Below, piece after piece: positions 36,373 through 45,390 of a DNA stretch of 64,000 bases. The position numbers were made by a program, and so were the translations under genes. Source of the stretch: Anaerolineae bacterium. Lineage in GTDB: Bacteria; Chloroflexota; Anaerolineae; Anaerolineales; UBA4823. The notes beneath the pieces are model-generated. The model saw only the letters and a list, made by a program, of their open reading frames with translations, did not search any database and was not told the origin of the DNA. The first letter of the stretch is position 1. Each line of letters starts with the position of its first letter. The stretch is from contig JBFYSV010000347.1 in the NCBI GenBank assembly GCA_041301185.1, positions 1,697 through 65,696 on the forward strand. The letters are read 5' to 3'.

Positions 36373-38526
36373 ATGATGCGGCGCATATTTTTATGGCTGG
36401 CGATCTTATGTGTGGTTGGGCTTGCCTGGGGGTTAAGGTTGCGCGCATTGGAGCAGCTACCCATCGACTATGATGAAGACGATTACCTTGGGGCGGCGAT
36501 TCATTATGCGCAGGCGCTCCGCGAGCGGGATCTGGCGGAGATTATCAACTATGATTACAACTATGAGCATCCCCCATTAACAAAACTGGCGTACGGGCTG
36601 GCGATCTTGCCGCTCACACCCGCTTCACCCATCATCGAGAGACCTTCCAGTGCCCCAATTGTTTCTAGCCTGCCCGAGCCGCATTTTCAGACCGCTCGCA
36701 AGCTTTCGATTATCCTTGGCACACTCCAGGTCTTAGTTCTGGCTTTGATCGATCCTCTAGCTGGTCTGTTACTGGCGATCAATACCTGGCAGATCAAGTA
36801 CACCAGCCAGATCATGCTGGAGCCGCTCCCTTCACTAACCAGTATTTTGGCTGTGATCTTATATATTAAATCTGGGAGGAGATGGAATGTCTGGCTATTC
36901 CTGTCTACTCTGGCGCTGGGTATCACTGTGGCGGCAAAATTTCCATATGGCATAGTGGGAGTAGCCATTGCTGTCCACTGGTTGATGGAGGAATACCCAG
37001 CCCAGGAGCGCCTCAAGGGTTTGAAACTTATTCGGTGGCTTGCACCTGTGGCGGGATTTGCCATTCTGGCAGCGATCACTTTCTTCGCAACCAACCCGCG
37101 TTTGTGGACTGATCCGCTCAGCCGGCTTGGAGCAGCGATAACCTTCCATGGGGATTACGCTACCAGCGATTATGTCCGCGGGGCAGGCTTGCCTCCCTGG
37201 CAGCCGTTCGTTTGGCTCTTCCAGTCTGTACCCTGGCATCCCGGGGTATTCCTGGTCTCTATGGATGTATTGATCACCCTGATGGCAATCCTCGGGTATA
37301 AACAGATGTGGGAACGCCAGCGAGTATTTGCCCTGTGGCTGGTGATTGCGCTTGGTTTCTTACTGGTTTGGCCAACCAAGTGGCCGCAGTATATTTTGAT
37401 TCTGACCGTCCCCCTTAGCTTGGCATCTGCCTACGGATTTAGGGCATCGATCTGGCAACCTTTAGTAAACTGGATCAAGCGGGATAAACATCATACCCGT
37501 GCCCGCATTGCTGGCTCACCGTTGAAGATCGGCTGGCAGGAACTGCGCAAAGCACTTCCCTGGCTGATCCCTGGGCTGGTTGTCCTGGGATTTATTACGG
37601 TCTATCCGATGGTGTTCCAGGGAGCGATGGCGCTGACCGATTTCGGATCGTCCGCCATTCGGGATGGCTTGAGTGGTGGGGTGTGGCGAGAAACCTGGAA
37701 AGGGTTTTCCGGACAGGTTGAACCGGTTACAGCGGCTTTTTTCCAGCGCTCGATGTCCAAGGAGGTGCACTACGCTGGGACTACATTGCTCCGGCAGCTT
37801 ATCGGCGGGGCAGCCGCTGACTACCTAGTCTTTGGGATACTTTGGACTTTCCTGGCAATAGCGTCCCAGACTGCACTGGGGGTCAGTGTGGCGTTATTGC
37901 TAGACCGGGCTGGTGTTCTTTTCAAGGGCTGGTGGCGAGCGATTTATATCCTACCCTGGGCGATCCCGGAATTCGTGGGTGGTTTGATGTGGGCACAGAT
38001 ATTTGACCCGCGGTTTGGCTGGTTCAACCAGGCGGGCAAAACCTGGTACGAGACTGCAGATTATCCAGGAGCAGCTAATTTCATCACCCAATGGCAATCT
38101 AATCCAACCTACGCATTATTGGTTCTGCTGATTACTGCTACCTGGTGCGGGTTTCCCTTTATGATGCTGGCAGCATCAGCGGGTCTGAAACTGATCCCCG
38201 TGGACTTGCACGATGCGGCTGAGATCGATGGCGCTGGCGGCTGGAAGAAATTCCGCTTTGTCATCTGGCCTTTGTTGGTGCCATTGTTGTTACCAGCAGT
38301 CATCATTCGGGCTATCTTTTCATTCAACCAGTTTTATCTCTTTCTTGTCTTAGAGCCACCATTCCCCCTGGCCACCTTTTCGGTTACATCATTTTTCTTC
38401 TTTGACCAGCTTGGACAGTACGGAGCATCGGCTGCCATCAATATCTTCACAATTTTAGTGTTGATTGCGCTGATTTTATGGTTCAACCAATGGAGTAAAG
38501 CCGCTGAAGGGTATACCTATGCGTAA
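36373..38526 (+). CDS. Fusion protein: N-terminal PMT/ArnT-like GT-C glycosyltransferase membrane domain + C-terminal MalF-type ABC permease
   Basis: aa 1 to about 375: multi-TM, with first-loop DYDEDDY and EHPPLTKLAYGL (an HPPL-K motif as in GT39/PMT_2). aa from about 385 are collinear with the permease at 31537, including EAA loop HDAAEIDGAGGWKKFRFVIWPLLVP. Confidence 0.8.
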   Translation: MMRRIFLWLAILCVVGLAWGLRLRALEQLPIDYDEDDYLGAAIHYAQALRERDLAEIINYDYNYEHPPLTKLAYGLAILPLTPASPIIERPSSAPIVSSLPEPHFQTARKLSIILGTLQVLVLALIDPLAGLLLAINTWQIKYTSQIMLEPLPSLTSILAVILYIKSGRRWNVWLFLSTLALGITVAAKFPYGIVGVAIAVHWLMEEYPAQERLKGLKLIRWLAPVAGFAILAAITFFATNPRLWTDPLSRLGAAITFHGDYATSDYVRGAGLPPWQPFVWLFQSVPWHPGVFLVSMDVLITLMAILGYKQMWERQRVFALWLVIALGFLLVWPTKWPQYILILTVPLSLASAYGFRASIWQPLVNWIKRDKHHTRARIAGSPLKIGWQELRKALPWLIPGLVVLGFITVYPMVFQGAMALTDFGSSAIRDGLSGGVWRETWKGFSGQVEPVTAAFFQRSMSKEVHYAGTTLLRQLIGGAAADYLVFGILWTFLAIASQTALGVSVALLLDRAGVLFKGWWRAIYILPWAIPEFVGGLMWAQIFDPRFGWFNQAGKTWYETADYPGAANFITQWQSNPTYALLVLLITATWCGFPFMMLAASAGLKLIPVDLHDAAEIDGAGGWKKFRFVIWPLLVPLLLPAVIIRAIFSFNQFYLFLVLEPPFPLATFSVTSFFFFDQLGQYGASAAINIFTILVLIALILWFNQWSKAAEGYTYA

Positions 38527-39364
38527 GATCTTGTGGTGGCAGCAAATGGTCTACCAGTTGCTCTTGCTGGCAGTAGGGCTGTTTGCCTTGTTACCTGTGT
38601 GGGGAATGCTGCGGATTGCTTTAGATGGAGCGATCAAGGGGGCGCCAACCGAATTCCGGCTATGGCCAGAAGAATTCACCCTGGCTGTGTTCCAGCATGT
38701 ATGGGAAAATCCCTCGCAAACCCTTTCGATCCCCGGTTTGCTGAAAAACAGCATGATTGTCGCGGGCGGTGCAGCCATCTTTTCGGTCGTCTTCGGGGCA
38801 AGCATGGCTTATGCCTTTGCGCGTTTTCGTTTCCCTGGTCGGAAAACGGGGTTGTTTGCCCTTCTGGTTGGAGCGATGCTGCCGCCGGTTGCATTAATGA
38901 CTCCGTTGTATGTTTTACTTTCTGCACTTGGGTTACGAACTTCATTGTTGGGGCTGATGATTGTATATGCCGCTTTCTCGATGGTTTTCTGCATCTGGAG
39001 TATGCGGGCATCGTTTCAAGCGGTGCCGCTCGAGCTGGAAGAGGCATCCTATCTGGACGGCGCTACGCATTGGGTGACTTTCTTGAAAGTATCCTTGCCC
39101 CTGGCTTTACCGTCGATCGCGGTTGCGGCTCTGCTGGCGTTTTTATTGGGTTACACTGAATTTGCAATTGGTTGGTTGTTTGTGGAAAGCAGCGATAATG
39201 TTACAATGGCTATGGCTGTGTCTGGGATGATGCGCCAGTCTGGTGCAGAATGGGGTAACCTATCTGCGCTTGCATTGTTGATGAGCATCCCAGTGGTGAT
39301 CATTTTTATGATTTTATACCGATATTTGATGCGAGGCATGCTGGCAGGCCGGCTGGAAGATTGA
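38519..39364 (+). CDS. ABC sugar transporter permease (MalG/CUT1 type)
   Basis: EAA loop EEASYLDGATHWVTFLKVSLPLALP. 8-nt overlap with the upstream gene, the same junction as at 32582. Confidence 0.9.
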   Translation: MRKILWWQQMVYQLLLLAVGLFALLPVWGMLRIALDGAIKGAPTEFRLWPEEFTLAVFQHVWENPSQTLSIPGLLKNSMIVAGGAAIFSVVFGASMAYAFARFRFPGRKTGLFALLVGAMLPPVALMTPLYVLLSALGLRTSLLGLMIVYAAFSMVFCIWSMRASFQAVPLELEEASYLDGATHWVTFLKVSLPLALPSIAVAALLAFLLGYTEFAIGWLFVESSDNVTMAMAVSGMMRQSGAEWGNLSALALLMSIPVVIIFMILYRYLMRGMLAGRLED

Positions 39365-39404
39365 CAGCCCGATCGCATGCTTGGCGAGAGAGAAATTACC
39401 CGGC

Positions 39405-40733
39405 ATGGATAAACCGCAATTCCACCACCAACTCAATGCCAGCGTTTTGGTTATGCTCAGCCTGGTATTGACTGCTTGTAGTATTTGGAATAGCCCAACT
39501 CCAACGCCATTACCCACGCCATCGCCAACCCTTCGTGCGGCAGCCACCGCGATCCCTACCCCAACCGAAACCGTGGTAAGCGGCACGGTTAGCATCTGGC
39601 ACGCCCTAGATGAGCAACAATTCCCCTGGTTGTTGAAAGCGATTGCAGAGTTCCAATCCCAATATCCCAATGTACAGTTTGATGTCTCGTTTATCCCTGC
39701 ACTTGACCTGAAAACGAGTTTTGAGGTCGCCAGTTCGGAGGGCAGACAGCCGATGATCCTGATCGGACCGGGTAGTTGGGGACCAGAATTCTTCGATCGC
39801 GGCTGGTTGGCAGATCTTTCCGGGTTAGCATCCGCTGAGTTGACCGGCAACCTGAACCCGGCTGCACTTGGGGCAGCCCAATACGACGGGGCGCTGATCG
39901 GATTGCCGCTTCATATCCAGGGTGTGGTCCTGTATCGCAATTCAAGCATCATTATTGAGCAAGCCAATACTTTGGAAAAAATGCTTTCCATGGCGCGGCA
40001 GGCAAATCGGGATGATGTGCGCGGGGCATATTTGGAGCGCAGCTTTTTTTACTCTGGCGGGCACCTGTCTGGCTTGGGTGGCAGGCTGATGGATGAGGAT
40101 GGATATCCGGCATTCAACGATGAGTTTGGTCTGGAGTGGATCGGACTCTTAAGAGAGTTCGAGCTGATGGGACCGACCGAATTCTTTGGCGATAATGATT
40201 TACAGGCTTTCACAGAAAACCATGCTGGATATATTATTGAAAGCACCCGCATTCGCAGCTCCCTGAGAGACGCGCTTGGCACGATGAATATTGCCATTGA
40301 TCCCTGGCCGATCATGGATCAGGGTATCCTGTCCGGTTATGTTGAGTCTGAGAACATCTACCTGACTCCAGGGGCACTGGACCAGCTCGCAATGCCTGCC
40401 TGGAGATTTGTGGAATCTTTATTTTCAGCGGAGATTGTGACGGAGCTGGCAGCTGCCGGGATGATCCCCTCGATCCGTGCATCGGTTGCCCTTGCGCCGG
40501 GAAGTGGAATTTCAATCAATGATGACCTGACCAAGGAGGCGATGATTGCACTTGAGGATGGCACCACGTATCCGGTGGTGCCAGAAATGGTTTATTATCC
40601 GCCACAAATGAACATCGCCTTGCAATCGATATTTTTTGATAATGCCGAACCCGCCGAAGCCTTGCAAGCTGCGGCAGACGCAATCAGCGGGTCGATAATC
40701 TCGATCGAAAGCACACCAACTTCTCTACCTTGA
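39405..40733 (+). CDS. ABC sugar solute-binding lipoprotein with a Thr/Pro-rich linker
   Basis: Lipobox LTAC, linker SPTPTPLPTPSPT...IPTPTET, and an SBP core (VSIWHALDE...ILIGPGSWGPEFF) distantly paralogous to 29003. The ORF opens at TTG 39381. Confidence 0.85.
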   Translation: MDKPQFHHQLNASVLVMLSLVLTACSIWNSPTPTPLPTPSPTLRAAATAIPTPTETVVSGTVSIWHALDEQQFPWLLKAIAEFQSQYPNVQFDVSFIPALDLKTSFEVASSEGRQPMILIGPGSWGPEFFDRGWLADLSGLASAELTGNLNPAALGAAQYDGALIGLPLHIQGVVLYRNSSIIIEQANTLEKMLSMARQANRDDVRGAYLERSFFYSGGHLSGLGGRLMDEDGYPAFNDEFGLEWIGLLREFELMGPTEFFGDNDLQAFTENHAGYIIESTRIRSSLRDALGTMNIAIDPWPIMDQGILSGYVESENIYLTPGALDQLAMPAWRFVESLFSAEIVTELAAAGMIPSIRASVALAPGSGISINDDLTKEAMIALEDGTTYPVVPEMVYYPPQMNIALQSIFFDNAEPAEALQAAADAISGSIISIESTPTSLP

Positions 40734-40748
40734 AACATTGGGGTATGT

Positions 40749-42146
40749 ATGACTGTACCGTATTGGGTGAAAGACGCAATTTTCTACCAGATTTTTCCGG
40801 ATCGTTTTGAAAATGGGGATCATAGCAATGATCCAGCCAATGTCCAACCCTGGGATGCCCCTCCATCCGGCGGGCACTTCCAGGGAGGCGATTTGCGCGG
40901 CATCATCAAGCGGCTGGATTACCTGCTCGAGCTGGGGATCAATGCGATCTACCTGAATCCCATTTTCCAGGCGACCTCGAATCATCGCTATAACACCAGC
41001 GATTATTTCAAAATCGATCCCAAGCTGGGTGATCTCAATGATTTCCATGCCCTGTTGGATGTAGCCCATCGAAATGGGATTCGCGTAATCTTAGATGGTG
41101 TTTTTAACCATTGCGGGCGTGGTTTTTTTGCCTTTGTGGACCTGCTCGAAAACCAGGTAAACTCTCCGTATTGCAACTGGTTCCACCCACTTTCATACCC
41201 GGTCGATGCCTACTCGCCTGGAGATGCAAAGGATTATCTCGCCTGGTGGGGGATCAAGAGCTTGCCGAAATTCAATACGAATGAACCTGCAGTGAGGCGC
41301 TATCTCCTGGATATTGCTCGTTATTGGATAGAGCAGGGCGCAGATGGTTGGCGGCTAGATGTTCCCAACGAGATCGATGATGACACTTTTTGGGCAGAAT
41401 TCCGGCATGAGGTTAAGTCTGTCAACCAGGATGCCTACCTGGTTGGCGAGATCTGGACGGCGGATCAGCGCTGGGTGGGAGATGGGCATTTCGATGGATT
41501 GATGAACTATCCTTTTCGGGATTGCATGTTGCATGTGCTGCAATCCCACCATTACGATACCTCTGCCTGTACTGCCAGGCTGGAGTCGTTGCTGCAATTA
41601 TATCCCCGTGAGAATACTTATGCCATGTACGTGCCGCTTGGTTCACATGATACGGAAAGGATCATGACCAAGCTGGAGGGGAGCCTGGAGATGGTTAAGT
41701 TAGCGTTCCTATTCCAGTTTGCTTTCCCCGGAGCACCGGCGGTGTACTATGGCGACGAGATTGGATTGCATGGTGGGAAAGACCCGGAATGCAGGGGGAC
41801 ATTTCCATGGGATGAAGGCAGGTGGAATCAAGAAATGCTTAGCTGGGTAAAACGCCTGATTTCTCTTCGGAAACGACATGCAGTGCTCCGGCGCGGCAAT
41901 TTCACTCATGTTTTAAGCGACGACCGCCGGCGAGCTTATGCCTTTTCGCGCCAGCTTGGCGATGAAAGTGTTCTCGTTGTCATCAACGCCAGCCCAACCA
42001 AGCGTAATCTTCGACTGCCGGTAAGTGGATTGAATTACATGGAAGGGCAAGTCTTGCGAGATTTGCTGGGCAAGAGCGAATACCTGGTAAGCGGAGGAAA
42101 TGTCTCGATCAGTCTGCCGCCCAGGAGCGGAATCTGGCTGGTTTGA
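40749..42146 (+). CDS. Cytoplasmic GH13 enzyme (cyclomaltodextrinase / neopullulanase / alpha-glucosidase-like)
   Basis: No signal peptide. GGDLRGI, INAIYLNPIF, DGVFNH, GWRLDVPNE, GEIW and GSHD. Confidence 0.9.
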   Translation: MTVPYWVKDAIFYQIFPDRFENGDHSNDPANVQPWDAPPSGGHFQGGDLRGIIKRLDYLLELGINAIYLNPIFQATSNHRYNTSDYFKIDPKLGDLNDFHALLDVAHRNGIRVILDGVFNHCGRGFFAFVDLLENQVNSPYCNWFHPLSYPVDAYSPGDAKDYLAWWGIKSLPKFNTNEPAVRRYLLDIARYWIEQGADGWRLDVPNEIDDDTFWAEFRHEVKSVNQDAYLVGEIWTADQRWVGDGHFDGLMNYPFRDCMLHVLQSHHYDTSACTARLESLLQLYPRENTYAMYVPLGSHDTERIMTKLEGSLEMVKLAFLFQFAFPGAPAVYYGDEIGLHGGKDPECRGTFPWDEGRWNQEMLSWVKRLISLRKRHAVLRRGNFTHVLSDDRRRAYAFSRQLGDESVLVVINASPTKRNLRLPVSGLNYMEGQVLRDLLGKSEYLVSGGNVSISLPPRSGIWLV

Positions 42147-42273
42147 GCTTATACAGGACTTTTGTTTTATAAGAATGGTGACAGTTGGCACTACCCAAGG
42201 GTAGTTTCAAGAGCGATAATAAATCAGGATATCTATCAAACTTTACCTAACTAATCGGAAAAGGAGTATCAGG

Positions 42274-42519
42274 ATGCCTGTAAAGGGATGGATAGAGGTA
42301 AATCCATTGTATTGTAAAGGTTGTGAGTTATGTGTCTCGGCGTGTCCTCAAGATGTGATCAGCCTGGATATGGAACATCTTACGCCTAAGGGATATCACC
42401 CGGCTTACCTGGTGATGGACGGATGTACAGGTTGTGGGATTTGCGCCCTGGTATGTCCCGAAGCTGCCCTGACGGTCTACCGGGAAGTTCCGCAGCGGGC
42501 AGCTAGAGCGGTAGTGTAG
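42274..42519 (+). CDS. 2x[4Fe-4S] ferredoxin-type delta subunit of 2-oxoacid:ferredoxin oxidoreductase
   Basis: CKGCELCVSACP and CTGCGICALVCP. Confidence 0.85.
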   Translation: MPVKGWIEVNPLYCKGCELCVSACPQDVISLDMEHLTPKGYHPAYLVMDGCTGCGICALVCPEAALTVYREVPQRAARAVV

Positions 42520-42529
42520 GAGAATTTGA

Positions 42530-43651
42530 ATGGCTCGTGAGCTTTGGAAAGGCAATGAGGCCATGGCCGAGGCAGCGGTGCGGGCGGGTGTCCAGGCGTA
42601 TTTCGGTTACCCGATTACACCTCAAACCGAAGTGCTGGAGTATATGTCCAAGCGTTTACCGGAGCTTGGGCGCACATTTTTACAAGCAGAGAGCGAGCTG
42701 GCTGCTATCAACATGGTCTATGGGGCAGCCTGCACCGGGGTCAGGGTGATGAGCTCTTCCTCCAGCCCAGGTGTCAGCCTGATGATGGAGGGGATGTCGT
42801 ATATTGCCGGTACGGAGATACCGGCTGTCCTGATTGATGTGGTCAGGGGTGGTCCCGGGCTTGGGAATATCGCTCCCTCGCAAGGCGATTACAACCAGAT
42901 TGTCCACGGCGGCGGGCACGGCGATTATCACCCGATTGTGCTGGCGCCCTCTAGCGTGCAGGAAGCGATTGACCTGACCGTGCTGGCGTTCGATTTGGCA
43001 GAGAAGTACCGCTTGATCGTCATCGTCTTGGCTGATGGCAGCATTGGGCAGATGATGGAACCAGCCGAATTGCCTCCCATGCGCCCACTGCGGACGGAAT
43101 ATCCTGAATGGTCGGTGCGCGGGGCACAAGGACGAGAGCGACGGATACTGAGCTCGATCTACATCGACCCCATAGACGAAGAGGTGATGAATTACCGCCT
43201 GATGCGGCAATGGTCTGAGATCGAGGCCAATGAGATCCGTTATAAACAATATTTTCTGGATGATGCAGAATACGTGGTGATCGGCTTTGGAACAGCTGGT
43301 AGGGTGGCTTTATCGGCGGTCCGGGCAGCGCGTGCTGAAGGGATCCGGGTAGGCCTTTTTCGCCCGATCGGTCTCAGTCCATTTCCTTATGCACAAATCG
43401 AAGCACTAACCGAGCAAGCCAAAGCAATCCTGGTTGTAGAAATGAATGCAGGACAGATGCTGGATGATGTTTTGCGGGCGGTGAAGGGGCGTGTGCCTGT
43501 AGAATTTTACGGGCGCATGGGCGGGATCATGCCATTCCCAGATGAGATTGAGGCAGAAATGCAGCGGATAATCCAGGTACCCCCGGTATTGAACGGCGAT
43601 CCACGGAAAAAGTGGTTGCAGCGTTTTGGTAAGGTAATTCACGCAGAATAG
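42530..43651 (+). CDS. 2-oxoacid:ferredoxin oxidoreductase alpha subunit (KorA/VorB-like)
   Basis: [27 protein letters not shown] and [13 protein letters not shown]. Confidence 0.9.
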   Translation: MARELWKGNEAMAEAAVRAGVQAYFGYPITPQTEVLEYMSKRLPELGRTFLQAESELAAINMVYGAACTGVRVMSSSSSPGVSLMMEGMSYIAGTEIPAVLIDVVRGGPGLGNIAPSQGDYNQIVHGGGHGDYHPIVLAPSSVQEAIDLTVLAFDLAEKYRLIVIVLADGSIGQMMEPAELPPMRPLRTEYPEWSVRGAQGRERRILSSIYIDPIDEEVMNYRLMRQWSEIEANEIRYKQYFLDDAEYVVIGFGTAGRVALSAVRAARAEGIRVGLFRPIGLSPFPYAQIEALTEQAKAILVVEMNAGQMLDDVLRAVKGRVPVEFYGRMGGIMPFPDEIEAEMQRIIQVPPVLNGDPRKKWLQRFGKVIHAE

Positions 43652-43674
43652 TATATGGCTTAGGGAGAGTGATT

Positions 43675-44451
43675 ATGGTGGCAATTGCCCCTACCCAACT
43701 GGTCTACCAGCGTCCCGAATCATTATCGGATACTCCAACACATTATTGCCCGGGCTGTACGCATGGCGTTGCCCATCGATTAGTTGCAGAAGTCCTGGAC
43801 GAGATGAATGTGAGAGAATCTACCATCGGGGTCGCGCCGGTTGGTTGTTCGGTATTCGCATACAATTACTTCGATTGTGATTTTGTAGAAGCAGCCCACG
43901 GGCGGGCGCCAGCCATGGCAACCGGTATCAAACGGGTTCTACCGGATCGTGTGGTATTTACTTACCAGGGAGATGGAGACCTGGCCTCAATTGGAATGGC
44001 GGAGATCGTCCACGCTGCCGCGCGGGGAGAGAATATCACCGTTGTCTTCATCAACAACGCGATTTATGGAATGACAGGGGGGCAGATGGCGCCTACTACC
44101 CTGCCCGGACAGAAAACGACCTCATCCCCAGGTGGTAGAGATGTCGAGCAGATGGGTTTCCCGATCAGGATGTCTGAAATGTTGTCTTCCTTAGATGGAA
44201 CCGGGTACGTGGTCCGGCGGAGCCTGCACGACCCAAAGAATATCCGCCTGGCGAAAAAGGCGATCCGGCTGGCTTTTGAAACTCAGGTGCGCGGGCTGGG
44301 TTTTTCAATGGTAGAACTGCTATCATCGTGTCCTACCAACTGGGGGTTAACGCCCCTCGAAGCATTGCGCTGGATTGAGGATCACATGGTTCCGGTCTAT
44401 CCTTTGCAAGATTTTAAAGTATCACCGGCTGTGGCGGAAATTCGGGTGTAA
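43675..44451 (+). CDS. 2-oxoacid:ferredoxin oxidoreductase beta (TPP-binding) subunit
   Basis: [12 protein letters not shown] and [18 protein letters not shown] lies 7 nt upstream of ATG 43675; the ORF track starts at GTG 43669. Confidence 0.9.
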   Translation: MVAIAPTQLVYQRPESLSDTPTHYCPGCTHGVAHRLVAEVLDEMNVRESTIGVAPVGCSVFAYNYFDCDFVEAAHGRAPAMATGIKRVLPDRVVFTYQGDGDLASIGMAEIVHAAARGENITVVFINNAIYGMTGGQMAPTTLPGQKTTSSPGGRDVEQMGFPIRMSEMLSSLDGTGYVVRRSLHDPKNIRLAKKAIRLAFETQVRGLGFSMVELLSSCPTNWGLTPLEALRWIEDHMVPVYPLQDFKVSPAVAEIRV

Positions 44452-44462
44452 GGAGAATCAGC

Positions 44463-45026
44463 ATGCAGAATGAAATCATCATTGCTGGATTCGGAGGCCA
44501 GGGAGTGCTGTTTGCCGGGCAAGTTCTGGCGTATGCCGCGCTAGATGAAGGTCGTGAGGTGACCTGGATCCCATCCTATGGTCCAGAAATGCGCGGCGGA
44601 ACGGCAAACTGCACTGTGATCATATCGGATGAAGAAATTGGCTCGCCGCTGGTACGTAATCCTAAAGCTGCGATTGTTCTAAACCTGCCTTCCCTTGAGA
44701 AGTATGAGCCGATGATTACTGCGGGTGGCGTGCTGGTCGCAAATTCTTCACTAATCAATCGATGTCCGGAACGCTCGGATATCTCCACTGTTTTCTTACC
44801 GGCGAACGACATCGCTGAATCCCTGGGTAACAAGCGCCTGATGAACATGGTTGCCCTGGGAGCATTGCTGGAATTGATGCCAGTGTTATCCATCCAGGCG
44901 ATCGAGAAGGCATTGGATAACCACCTGCCAGAGCGGCATAAGCGTCTACTCCCGGTAAATTACCAAGCCCTCCGCCGGGGTGCTGAGTTTGCTGCGCAAC
45001 AAGCCGTGCTGGCAGCGATTGCTTAA
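44463..45026 (+). CDS. 2-oxoacid:ferredoxin oxidoreductase gamma subunit
   Basis: IIIAGFGGQGVLFAGQVLA...SYGPEMRGG. Confidence 0.9.
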   Translation: MQNEIIIAGFGGQGVLFAGQVLAYAALDEGREVTWIPSYGPEMRGGTANCTVIISDEEIGSPLVRNPKAAIVLNLPSLEKYEPMITAGGVLVANSSLINRCPERSDISTVFLPANDIAESLGNKRLMNMVALGALLELMPVLSIQAIEKALDNHLPERHKRLLPVNYQALRRGAEFAAQQAVLAAIA

Positions 45027-45047
45027 TTTGGATACTCAAAACATAAG

Positions 45048-45092
45048 ATTCTGGCTTGTGGGTGTGGACGACTCTCGCTAGCCAGAATTTTT
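45048..45092 (+). terminator. Intrinsic terminator after the oxidoreductase operon
   Basis: ATTCTGGCT / AGCCAGAAT 9-bp stem followed by TTTT. Confidence 0.6.
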
Positions 45093-45390
45093 AAATTCTC
45101 TCATTGAGATTGCCTGCCCGGTTGTACACGGGCTGCTATAATAGCCTTATCATGCTTGATCTGCCCTTCGATCCATTCAACTAACAACCTGCTGGGCGAG
45201 TATGGGTCAATCACTGAGTGTAAATAATCGAATGATAGAAATCTTCGATACTGCGATGGAGTCAGGCAACATTGCCATCGTAGAGCTCGTACCAGCCCTC
45301 CCTCTCGATCAAGTACAGATGGAAACAATAAGACATAATTTTCCTTTCCGACCGTCTCTTGTATGCGGAAGTAATAGGATTGCATAATCT

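Noticed and set aside
38533-39159. A 208-aa alternative-frame + strand ORF inside the MalG-type permease gene.
   Set aside because: The annotated frame has the EAA loop and six TM helices. The alternative frame is Cys/Gly/Arg-rich with no features.
42186-42205. TGGCAC upstream of the oxidoreductase operon, considered as a sigma-54 -24 element (and the TGGCAC words at 12383-12519).
   Set aside because: No TTGC(A/T) -12 element lies at the required 4-5 nt spacing in any case.
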